Shown: one piece after another, positions 47,268 to 55,628 of the stretch | Numbering within the stretch: the stretch's first letter is position 1 | Layout of the letters: each line of letters begins with the position of its first letter | Source of the DNA: Methanomassiliicoccales archaeon | GTDB taxonomy: Archaea; Thermoplasmatota; Thermoplasmata; RBG-16-68-12; SOIM01 | Direction of reading: 5' to 3' | NCBI GenBank assembly: GCA_004377185.1 | Contig: SOIM01000058.1 | Span: 247 to 64,246 of the forward strand | Length of the DNA stretch: 64,000 nucleotides | Translations under genes and position numbers: made by a program | The notes under the pieces: generated by a model | The model's input: the letters and a program-made list of their open reading frames with translations, nothing else | Databases searched by the model: none | Told to the model about the DNA's origin: nothing

Positions 47268-47666
47268 ATGAAGAAGAATCCCATAAGGGTCCTAATCGCA
47301 AAGCCTGGCTTGGACGGACATGACAGGGGAGCGAAGGTCGTTGCCCTGGCGCTGAAGCAAGCGGGAATGGAGGTCATCTATACCGGGCTTAGACAAACGG
47401 TGGACCAGATCACGAACACCGCTCTCCAAGAAGATGTACAAGTAGTAGGTTTGAGCATCCTGTCCGGTGCGCATCTACCAATCACCAAGAAGCTATTGCA
47501 GAAGATGAAGAAGGAAGGACTGGAGGAGATGATGGTCTTGGTGGGAGGGAACGTACCAAAAGCGGACATCGCCAAAATGAAGAAACTGGGTGTCAAAGAG
47601 GTCTTCCCAACCGGATCAAGATTTGAAGATATCGTTTCGTTCATCCAATCAAACGTTCCAAATTAG
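47268..47666 (+). CDS. B12-binding small subunit of a split methylmalonyl-CoA-mutase-family acyl-CoA mutase.
   Basis: DxHxxG B12-binding motif (LDGHDRGAKVVA) and a Rossmann-like fold, 132 aa. Confidence 0.85.
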   Translation: MKKNPIRVLIAKPGLDGHDRGAKVVALALKQAGMEVIYTGLRQTVDQITNTALQEDVQVVGLSILSGAHLPITKKLLQKMKKEGLEEMMVLVGGNVPKADIAKMKKLGVKEVFPTGSRFEDIVSFIQSNVPN

Positions 47667-47697
47667 TTGGTTCATCCAATTTCACAAGGTGTGAGAG

Positions 47698-49305
47698 ATG
47701 AAGAAGAAGAAGATAGAACTGCCAGATGTTGTGCTCGAATCTGGAATCAAGGTGAAACCCATCTATGGACCGGAGGATGTGAAGGATATAGATTTCAAGG
47801 AGGACATAGGAGCACCGGGAGAGTATCCGTTCACGAGAGGGATTCACAAGTACATGTACAGGTTCCGCCCCTTCACGATGAGGCAGTACTCTGGCTTTGC
47901 GACAGCCACAGAAACGAACAAGCGGTTCAAGTACCTCATCAAGCACGGACAGACTGGATTGAATGTTGCCTTTGACCTGCCTACTCAGTGCGGGCTGGAT
48001 TCTGATGACCCATTGGCGGAAGGAGAGGTCGGTAGGGTTGGGATGGCGATTGACACTTTGAGAGACATGGAAGATGCATTCAAAGGAATCCCACTTGACA
48101 AGATCAGCACTTCGCTGACGATCAACTCCATGGCCCCAATAATGCTGGCAATGTATGTGACTGTTGCAGAGAAGCAGGGTGTTCCGCCGGAAGAGGTCAG
48201 AGGGACGCTGCAGAATGATATCCTCAAGGAGTACATTGGACGGGGGACCTGGGTGTTCCCGGTCGAACCTTCCATCAAGTTGATAGGAGATACGATTGAG
48301 TACTGTTCAAAGAACCTACCGAAATACTACCCAGTAAGCGTGTGCGGGTATCATATAAGAGAGTCAGGGGCCAATCCAGTTCAAGAGATAGCATATGCGT
48401 TTCTCATAGCGAAGGCTTACATTCAACATGTTCTGGATAGAGGACTGGATGTGGATGATTTCGTTCCAAGATTCTCGTTCAACTTCGACATTCACGGTAA
48501 CCTTTTCGAACAGATAGCGAAGTTCAGAGCCGCAAGAAGACTGTGGGCGAGGATTGTCAAGGAAGACCTGGGTGCCAAGAACCCGAAATCCATGCAAATG
48601 AAGATGATAGCTGGCGGAGGTGGAGGAGGATTAACGATAGAACAGCCGGAGAACAACATTGTGAGAGGAGCGTACTACGCTTTGATCTCCGCTCTGAGCG
48701 GTACCCAGACGATGGCGCTGTGCTCTTATGATGAAGCATACACCATACCCTCCGAGAAGGCAGCTGTGATCTCACTCAGGACGATGCAGATACTCCTAGA
48801 TGAGATGGGATTGCGAGATACAGTCGACCCACTGGCAGGTTCCTATTACATCGAAAGCCTTACCTCTGAACTTGAGAAGAAAATCGTGGACATGATGGAG
48901 AAGGTTGAGAAAAAAGGTGGAATCGTAAAGGCGGTTGCGGACGGATACATTCAGAATGAAGTTGCCAAGCAGGCCTTTCTGTTGGAGAAGGGAATACAGG
49001 AAGGAAAGATCATCAAAGTAGGCGTGAACAAATACCAGGCGGAGGAGGAAGAGAGGGAGATAGAGTTCCACGATTACAAGGCAGAGGAGGCTGAAGTGCA
49101 GATCAAGAGGCTCAAGAAGGTGAAGAAGGATAGGGATGACTCCAAGGTTGCCAAGGCCCTCAAGGAACTCAAGAAAGCTGCTGAAACGGACGAGAACTTG
49201 ATGGATTATGTGATTGATGCGGTCAGAGCCTATGCGACGGTCGGGGAGATAACCTCAACGATGAAGGAAGTCTACGGAGAGTTCAAAGAACCTGTGAGAT
49301 TGTAG
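47698..49305 (+). CDS. Acyl-CoA mutase large (catalytic TIM-barrel) subunit, MCM family.
   Basis: FTMRQYSGFATATETNKRFKYLIKHGQTGLNVAFDLPTQCGLDSD and GGGGGLTIEQPENNIVR regions typical of MCM alpha N-domains. Confidence 0.9.
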   Translation: MKKKKIELPDVVLESGIKVKPIYGPEDVKDIDFKEDIGAPGEYPFTRGIHKYMYRFRPFTMRQYSGFATATETNKRFKYLIKHGQTGLNVAFDLPTQCGLDSDDPLAEGEVGRVGMAIDTLRDMEDAFKGIPLDKISTSLTINSMAPIMLAMYVTVAEKQGVPPEEVRGTLQNDILKEYIGRGTWVFPVEPSIKLIGDTIEYCSKNLPKYYPVSVCGYHIRESGANPVQEIAYAFLIAKAYIQHVLDRGLDVDDFVPRFSFNFDIHGNLFEQIAKFRAARRLWARIVKEDLGAKNPKSMQMKMIAGGGGGGLTIEQPENNIVRGAYYALISALSGTQTMALCSYDEAYTIPSEKAAVISLRTMQILLDEMGLRDTVDPLAGSYYIESLTSELEKKIVDMMEKVEKKGGIVKAVADGYIQNEVAKQAFLLEKGIQEGKIIKVGVNKYQAEEEEREIEFHDYKAEEAEVQIKRLKKVKKDRDDSKVAKALKELKKAAETDENLMDYVIDAVRAYATVGEITSTMKEVYGEFKEPVRL

Positions 49306-50502
49306 GTGGATAGTATGAAACCCCTTCTGGACGGAGTAAGAATCCTGGACATGTCACAGATGCTGGCAGGTCCGTATTGCTCAATGTTGATGGCTGATTT
49401 GGGAGCGGAAGTGATTAAGATCGAGAGCCCTGGTGAAGGAGACAGAATCAGGCAGATGGGCATCTACAGGATTGGTGGACAGAGCGCATATTTCCTCAGC
49501 ATAAACAGGAACAAGAAGAGCGTTACGTTGAACCTCAAGTCAGAGAAGGGGAGAGAAATATTCTACGAACTTGTGAAGAAGTCGGATGTTGTGTTCGACA
49601 ACCTTAGACCTGCAACATTACAGAAGCTGGGAGCGAGTTACGAACACGTGAAAGGACACAATCCTAAGATTATTTCATGCTCCATTACTGCTTTCGGACC
49701 GGACGGGCCATACGCTGACCACCCAGCTTTTGACCTGACACTACAGGCGATATCTGGAGCTATGTCCTACACTGGAGAACCTGGTCGACCTCCCGTGAGA
49801 ATGGGATTGCCAATGGGTGATCTGGCAGGTGCACTGATGGCGGCCTTTTCAATCTCTTCGGCCTTGTACAAGAGAGAGAAGACGGGAGAAGGCTGCAAGT
49901 TGGATATCAGTCTCTTGGACAGTGTCGTGTCGCTTCACACTTACGTCGTTCAATACCTTGTGGCAGGATCTCCTATACCTGAACAGATAGGTTCGGGACA
50001 TATCTCAGTCGTTCCGTACGGTGCGTTCAAGACCGCTGACGGATGGATTACCATTGCCATTTTCACCGAAAGGTTCTGGGAGAACTTCTGCAACATTCTG
50101 GGAGTGCCAGAGCTGGCAAAGGACCCAAGATTCACGACCAACAACGACAGGAGCAAAAACCGAGGGGTTCTAATCCCAATGATTGAAGAGAAACTCATAG
50201 CAAAGACAACAGATGAATGGGTGGAAATCCTCAGCAAGGAAAGAATCCCGTGCGGAGCTCTGAACACAATGGACAAGGTTCTGCAAGATGAACAGCTGAG
50301 ACATCGGGACATGATCGTGGCGGTTGAGATTCCAGAGGGTGGTAAGACGGAGATGCTAGGAAATCCAGTCAAAGCGAAGGATATGGACCAGATGTATCGA
50401 TTCTCTCCGGAACTTGGTGAGCATACGGAGCAAATCCTGACAGAAATTCTAGGACTAGAAGAACTAGAAATTAACGAACTCAGAGACAATGGAATCATAT
50501 AG
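49306..50502 (+). CDS. Family III CoA-transferase (CaiB/BaiF/BbsEF type).
   Basis: N-terminal GVRILDMSQMLAGPYCSMLMADLGAEVIKIE with the catalytic Asp region. Its start abuts the mutase stop. Confidence 0.85.
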   Translation: MDSMKPLLDGVRILDMSQMLAGPYCSMLMADLGAEVIKIESPGEGDRIRQMGIYRIGGQSAYFLSINRNKKSVTLNLKSEKGREIFYELVKKSDVVFDNLRPATLQKLGASYEHVKGHNPKIISCSITAFGPDGPYADHPAFDLTLQAISGAMSYTGEPGRPPVRMGLPMGDLAGALMAAFSISSALYKREKTGEGCKLDISLLDSVVSLHTYVVQYLVAGSPIPEQIGSGHISVVPYGAFKTADGWITIAIFTERFWENFCNILGVPELAKDPRFTTNNDRSKNRGVLIPMIEEKLIAKTTDEWVEILSKERIPCGALNTMDKVLQDEQLRHRDMIVAVEIPEGGKTEMLGNPVKAKDMDQMYRFSPELGEHTEQILTEILGLEELEINELRDNGII

Positions 50503-50555
50503 GTTGATTCTGGAACATGGGGTTTTCACTTTGATTCTTGGGCGGGGATTCAAAT

Positions 50556-50588
50556 CCCTCCATCGGCTTCTGTAGGATTTGAACTCTA
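50556..50588 (-). repeat. 33 nt element CCCTCCATCGGCTTCTGTAGGATTTGAACTCTA (copy 1), made of the stop codon plus the immediate 3' flank of a beta-helix paralog.
   Basis: Identical to 55596-55628. The last 3 nt are the TAG stop of the 50586-53375 gene. Contains a 5 bp-stem hairpin, TGTAG-N10-CTACA. Confidence 0.7.
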
Positions 50589-53342
50589 CAAACGATTTTC
50601 AGAATCTTCCTCAGATGGCGTCTCTGGTTGATCTTCCTCTTTGGATTTCTTCTTTCTGAGAAGAGCGAAGGTGACTAGTAATAGGGCAATCAATAGAGCG
50701 ATTGTCACGACAACTGCTATCCACAACCAATCTTGATCGGGTTCTTGTGAGGACGATGGAACAGGGTTGTCTACAATTACCGTTACGTTTGTTACAGTTG
50801 AGTAGTTAGATCCATCGTAGGAACGAGCATAGATTGTGTAATTGCCGTTTGGTACAGCTGTTGTATCCCAGTCATAGCTCCACGTTGTGGTGCCTGTGAC
50901 TTCTATCCACGAGGTTATGTTTATTCGAATCTCTACTTTCTCGACTGCTCCGTCAGGATCCGAGGCGGTGCCGCTAATCGTATAAATGCTTAACAAAGTG
51001 GAGCCTGGACTTGGAGCATTAATTGTACAGGTTGGGGGTCGGTTTTCAAGTGCGGTGACTTCAACTTGCCTGGCAGTGTAGTTTATCAGTCCACCTGTAT
51101 CTTCGACCTCGAGGCGGACTGTGTAGTCCCCTGGAGTGGAATACTGATGTTGGGCTGTCTTTGTGGTCGACCATGTTGTGTCCCATATACCGTCATCCTC
51201 CCAATCCCAGCGGACCACCAGATCGGCAACAGAATCTTCGTAATCTGAGGATGAAGAGGCGTTCACCGTGAAGATTGTGCTCACATTTCCACCAATAGGT
51301 GAGAGTGTGAAATGGGCGGTCGGCGGACGGTTTGGGATGGGCGTAAAGGTGACATTCACAGACGAGATCTCAGAGGGGTTTCCGGAATTATCCCAAGCAC
51401 AGGCTTCTATAAGGTTTGGGCCGGAATTGAGATCAAAAGAGGTGTTCCATGACGATGTCCCCATGGCATCTGACCAGAATCCTCCATTCAATCGCACTTT
51501 CACATCTTGAAGACCACTGCCACCGACGTCAAAGGCTGTACCAGTCACATTGATGCGGGGAGATTCGAAGTTCTGTCCCTCGGTAGGTGATACTATGGAC
51601 AAATAGGGTGGGAATGTGTCACCGCCGTGGGCGACCATGAGGGGATAATCATCCTGTATGTCTACGTCGATGAGGTAAGGAGTGTCTCCAATGCCATCCG
51701 GGTCTGGGCACACATCTTGGTTTGGGCCACTACAGTCATCCACACCAGTGTAATCGGACCAATAATTGCCACCCGAAGGGTAGTTGATGTTCCACCAGTT
51801 GATATCAGTGTCGTCATGCGGCTTGTCGTGAGCCTGTTGTGCATTCTGTATGATGTTGTTATGAAAAATAGTGTTGTTGTGGGAGGCGTATATAGATATG
51901 CCGTATTGGCGATTCGACAAGATGATATTGCCAGTTATGGTGTTTCTTTTGGAAAGAATAAGGGAGATTCCGTCCTCGTTGTTCGAGTACGCTTTGTTGT
52001 CTATGATTGTATTGAAGGCGGAAAGACCAAGGTTGATGCCATCGCCGTCGTTGTAGAAGGCGATGTTGTTGTTGATGATGATGTCAGAGGAGATGTCAAG
52101 GATGATGCCATTATTCCCATTCGAGTAGACAGTGTTGTTCGAGATGTTGCTGTCACGAGATTCTTCAACGTAGATGCCTTCACCGTTATCGAATGCGGTA
52201 TTATTGGTGACACTGCAACGGGAGGACTCATCGATGTGGAGGCCCTCACTGTTATCGAATGCGGTATTATTGGTGACTAGATTGTCGTCAGACATGTACA
52301 GAAAGATGCCAGCCGTGTTGTTCCGAACGGAGTTGTTGGCAACCCTATTGCCTGATGAAAAGCCGAGTAGGATTCCCACAGAAGCGTTGGTGATGTTTTG
52401 GTTCTCCACAACCACGTTCGAGCAGTTTGCAAGTATCACTTGCCCAGCATTCTGAGGGATTGTTCCTCCATTGGCGTTCTTCCAATAGTAGATGGGTCTG
52501 CCATCTATAGTGCTAGAGGTGTCGATAGAATGACTGTTCCAGTGCTCCAGCAAATCGCCTCGAATTTGAATTCCATTCTTAACCATCACGTTGCTACTGA
52601 TCGAACTATTGCCAGCATAATACAGCATGATCCCTACTTTGCTATTCGAGATGTTGTTGCCTACGACGGTGATGTTGTAGGATTGGCCAAGAGAGATGCC
52701 GTGCACCCGATTGTCTGAGATAGTGTTGTTGGCAACGATATTGTCGTCGGAATCGGTGAGAGTAATGCCAAACCAATTGCTCAAAGATACGATGTTGTTT
52801 ACTATGATATTGTCGTCGGAATCGGTGAGTGCAATGGCTTTCCAATTGCTCAAAGATACGATGTTGTTTACTATGATATTCTTGTCAGAAAAGTCGAGAT
52901 AAATGCCGTACTCGTTGCTGAAAACGATATTGTTGGCTACGAAGCACATCTGAACAGAATTGAGTGAGATTCCTGCGTCGGGCCAAAAAGACCCGCTGTT
53001 TGTTACGGTGAATCCCGTGACATTTGCCCAGTCAGCGGTTATGTGGATCGCATCCAAGATTCCACGACCGTCAATTATGGTTGTGTTTCTGTCCTCCCCT
53101 ATCAATGAGAGGGATTCATGGAGAATTATGTTCTCTGAATATGTCCCGTTGTAGACATAGACAGTGTCGCCTGGTCCTGCGTCATCTATCGCGTCCTGTA
53201 TCCTGGTGTAGTTTCCCGGACCCATTCCGCCCACGTAGAGAGTAGAGGCACTTGCATTTGAAGGAATGAGCGAAACGACGAAGCTGAATGAGCCGAGTAT
53301 CACGAGAAACACGGTTGTCAAGGTGAGTTCTGTCCTTTTCAT
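50586..53342 (-). CDS. NosD-like parallel beta-helix surface protein with PKD and Ig-like domains and a C-terminal TM anchor (paralog 3).
   Basis: Has the STLYVGGMGPGNYTRIQDAIDDAGPGDTVYVYNGTY module, beta-helix repeats, YPSGGNYWSDYTGVDDCSGPNQDVCPDPDGIGDTPY, a PKD domain (WDWEDDGIWDT) and an Ig-like domain. The C-terminus has DQDWLWIAVVVTIALLIALLLVTFALLRKKKSK plus an acidic tail. Confidence 0.8.
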   Translation of the reverse strand: MKRTELTLTTVFLVILGSFSFVVSLIPSNASASTLYVGGMGPGNYTRIQDAIDDAGPGDTVYVYNGTYSENIILHESLSLIGEDRNTTIIDGRGILDAIHITADWANVTGFTVTNSGSFWPDAGISLNSVQMCFVANNIVFSNEYGIYLDFSDKNIIVNNIVSLSNWKAIALTDSDDNIIVNNIVSLSNWFGITLTDSDDNIVANNTISDNRVHGISLGQSYNITVVGNNISNSKVGIMLYYAGNSSISSNVMVKNGIQIRGDLLEHWNSHSIDTSSTIDGRPIYYWKNANGGTIPQNAGQVILANCSNVVVENQNITNASVGILLGFSSGNRVANNSVRNNTAGIFLYMSDDNLVTNNTAFDNSEGLHIDESSRCSVTNNTAFDNGEGIYVEESRDSNISNNTVYSNGNNGIILDISSDIIINNNIAFYNDGDGINLGLSAFNTIIDNKAYSNNEDGISLILSKRNTITGNIILSNRQYGISIYASHNNTIFHNNIIQNAQQAHDKPHDDTDINWWNINYPSGGNYWSDYTGVDDCSGPNQDVCPDPDGIGDTPYLIDVDIQDDYPLMVAHGGDTFPPYLSIVSPTEGQNFESPRINVTGTAFDVGGSGLQDVKVRLNGGFWSDAMGTSSWNTSFDLNSGPNLIEACAWDNSGNPSEISSVNVTFTPIPNRPPTAHFTLSPIGGNVSTIFTVNASSSSDYEDSVADLVVRWDWEDDGIWDTTWSTTKTAQHQYSTPGDYTVRLEVEDTGGLINYTARQVEVTALENRPPTCTINAPSPGSTLLSIYTISGTASDPDGAVEKVEIRINITSWIEVTGTTTWSYDWDTTAVPNGNYTIYARSYDGSNYSTVTNVTVIVDNPVPSSSQEPDQDWLWIAVVVTIALLIALLLVTFALLRKKKSKEEDQPETPSEEDSENRL

Positions 53343-53379
53343 TGCCTTTCCTCTAATTGTGAGACCTACCCGCATGCCC

Positions 53380-55515
53380 CTAACGTTTCATTCGGGGAGG
53401 TGGGGGAGGCGGTGGCAGTTCTTCATCCGGTGGTGGTGGAGGTACCTCTTCTACCTCTTCCATAGGTGGGGGAGGCGGTAATGTCTCTTCATACGTCACT
53501 TCAGGTTGCGGCTCCTTCTCGACCGCTGGTGGTTTCCTTCTTCGTCTTGTCGCAACTATCGCCAATGCTGCTATCAAAATGACCAGAACAATCAGAACGG
53601 GGATAAGCCACATCCAGTCCTGAACCGGCCTCGGGTTGTCCACAGTTACGGATATCGATGATGTCTCAGAATAGTCCTCACCATCGTACGACCGCACCTG
53701 GATTGTATGCTCTCCATTCGACACTCCCGTGGTGTCCCAGTTGTAGGACCATGAATCGGTTCCCGTGGCAGTCTCCCAGCTTCCGTCATCTATTCTTATC
53801 TCGATTCTCTCAACGGTCCCATCCGAATCTGATGATGCCCCTTCTACAGTGCACGTTCCGGAGACTATCGTTCCCGACTCTAGTGATGTGATCTCACACG
53901 TGGGTTCCAGGTTATTCGGGGCCACGTTCACCCAGTTGGTCCACTGGCTCTCGCCCACAGCGTTCTTCGCACTAATCCTGTAATAATAGTTCTGCCTGTT
54001 AGTGACATCATTGTCCGTGTATTCCTGGACGTTCCCAACCTCGGTAAGGAACTCAATGCCTCCGATGGATGTGTCTCGGTAGATTACGTAGTTCGTGATG
54101 GGTGACCCACCGTCGTACGCTGGCGCACTCCAGGTGAGCAAGACCTGATTGTTTCTTCCACTTGCTGTCAAATCCCTAGGCTTGTATGGTGGATACGGAG
54201 GCGACGTTAATGGTGAATTCATCAGAGGATACCTGTCCTGGTTGGTTCCGCCGGTTACGTTGTATGGTAAGTCCCCTATCTCGTCATATCCCGGCTGGTC
54301 CTGGTTCGGACCGCTCCTCTCATCGTCGCCCGTATAATCTCCCCAGTAGTTACCTCCCGATGGATATCCGTTGTCCCAGTAGTTGAGGCCCATGAAGTCA
54401 AGACCTTCGATGTCATGATTGCCCACGATTGTGTTGTGGTAGATGTTGTTATACCAGGACATCCAGACTTTGAAGCCGTCATGATCGTTGTCCCTGACAT
54501 CGTTTCTCACAAGGATGGTCCTGTTGGACATGTACAGCCCTATTCCAGTTTCGGAGTTTTCCGTCGCCAGGTTGTTCATGACCACATTGTCATCCGAGTA
54601 AGCGAGATTCATCCCATAGTAGTTCTGAAAGACCGTGTTGTTCTCTATCGTGTTGTTGTTTGCCTTGTGCACATATATGCCGTTCTTGGTCGCACCAGAG
54701 ACCGCGTTGTTGGCTATGGTGTTCCTTGACCCGTACCACAGCTCTATCCCCTTTTCACCGTTCACGGCGGTATTGTTCTGCAAAAGGTTGTACTCGTCGT
54801 TTCCAACATAGAAATTCCCTGTGTTGTTCACCGCTGTGTTATTGACTATCACGTTTCTGGGTCCGCTGGTTGAGATTCCATAATAGTTGTCTGATGCGTA
54901 GTTCTCGACCAGAGTGTTGTCCGATGAACCTCCTACGTTGATTCCGAACATACTGTTCCCGGAGGCAGTGTTGAAGGTTATTGTGTTGTTATCAGAGAAG
55001 ACGAGGAACATCCCATCCTCGTTGTCCTGCATTGTGTTCCCGGTGATGGTGTTGTGGTGTGATCGGAACAGTTCCAGGCCACCGCTGTTGTTGTGGATGA
55101 TGTTGTCTGCGATGGTGCAGTAATCTGCCAAGCTAATATCGATTCCAGCATCACCACCGCCTGGACCGCCATTCCTTATTGTGAAACCTGTGACACTGAC
55201 CCAGTCATCGGAGATTCGAATGACTGTCGAGCTCCCTCCGCCATCAATTATCGTGGTATTCTTATCTTCCCCCTCGAGATTGAGCCTTTTCGATATGGTC
55301 AGATGCTCATTGTATGTCCCGCTATACACGTAGACAATACTCCCGATGGGGGCCGCGTCCACCGCACCCTGAATCGTAGTGTAATTGCCAGGTCCAGGCC
55401 CACCCACATAGAGAGTTGCCGCTTTGGCATTCTCAGGAAGGATTGTGACTGCAAATGCGAATGCGCTCGCTAAGACTGTGACTATCACGACTATACAAGT
55501 ATCCCTGCGATGCAT
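53380..55515 (-). CDS. NosD-like parallel beta-helix surface protein with FN3 and Ig-like domains, a TM anchor and a polyproline cytoplasmic tail (paralog 4).
   Basis: Has the ATLYVGGPGPGNYTTIQGAVDAAPIGSIVYVYSGTY module and YPSGGNYWGDYTGDDERSGPNQDQPGYDEIGDLPY, followed by FN3 and an Ig-like domain. The C-terminus has QDWMWLIPVLIVLVILIAALAIVATRRRRK plus TLPPPPPMEEVEEVPPPPPDEELPPPPPPPRMKR. Confidence 0.8.
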   Translation of the reverse strand: MHRRDTCIVVIVTVLASAFAFAVTILPENAKAATLYVGGPGPGNYTTIQGAVDAAPIGSIVYVYSGTYNEHLTISKRLNLEGEDKNTTIIDGGGSSTVIRISDDWVSVTGFTIRNGGPGGGDAGIDISLADYCTIADNIIHNNSGGLELFRSHHNTITGNTMQDNEDGMFLVFSDNNTITFNTASGNSMFGINVGGSSDNTLVENYASDNYYGISTSGPRNVIVNNTAVNNTGNFYVGNDEYNLLQNNTAVNGEKGIELWYGSRNTIANNAVSGATKNGIYVHKANNNTIENNTVFQNYYGMNLAYSDDNVVMNNLATENSETGIGLYMSNRTILVRNDVRDNDHDGFKVWMSWYNNIYHNTIVGNHDIEGLDFMGLNYWDNGYPSGGNYWGDYTGDDERSGPNQDQPGYDEIGDLPYNVTGGTNQDRYPLMNSPLTSPPYPPYKPRDLTASGRNNQVLLTWSAPAYDGGSPITNYVIYRDTSIGGIEFLTEVGNVQEYTDNDVTNRQNYYYRISAKNAVGESQWTNWVNVAPNNLEPTCEITSLESGTIVSGTCTVEGASSDSDGTVERIEIRIDDGSWETATGTDSWSYNWDTTGVSNGEHTIQVRSYDGEDYSETSSISVTVDNPRPVQDWMWLIPVLIVLVILIAALAIVATRRRRKPPAVEKEPQPEVTYEETLPPPPPMEEVEEVPPPPPDEELPPPPPPPRMKR

Positions 55516-55595
55516 ACCCTCAGAGCCTCCAATAACGCATCGGTTGACTAGTTCATAATGCTTTTCCCCGTCGGCTTTGAAACTGAACTTTGAAA

Positions 55596-55628
55596 CCCTC
55601 CATCGGCTTCTGTAGGATTTGAACTCTA
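55596..55628 (-). repeat. 33 nt element CCCTCCATCGGCTTCTGTAGGATTTGAACTCTA (copy 2).
   Basis: Identical to copy 1. The last 3 nt are the TAG stop of the 55626-56966 gene. It lies between that gene and the start of paralog 4. Confidence 0.7.

Noticed and set aside
50536-50590. tRNA-like fragment? GGGGATTCAAATCCC and GGATTTGAACTC resemble tRNA T-arm (GGTTCAAATCC) sequences, which raised the possibility of a tRNA gene or an att site.
   Set aside because: Neither orientation gives a 5 bp T-stem plus 7 nt loop followed by a 7 nt acceptor strand and a discriminator. There is no D-arm or anticodon arm upstream, and the second copy at 55596 lacks the GGGGATTCAAATCCC part. It is treated as a conserved 3' flank element instead.
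51627-52280. 217 aa plus-strand ORF with V/D-rich repeats.
   Set aside because: It is antisense to the beta-helix repeat region of paralog 3, and its periodicity mirrors the coding repeats on the other strand.
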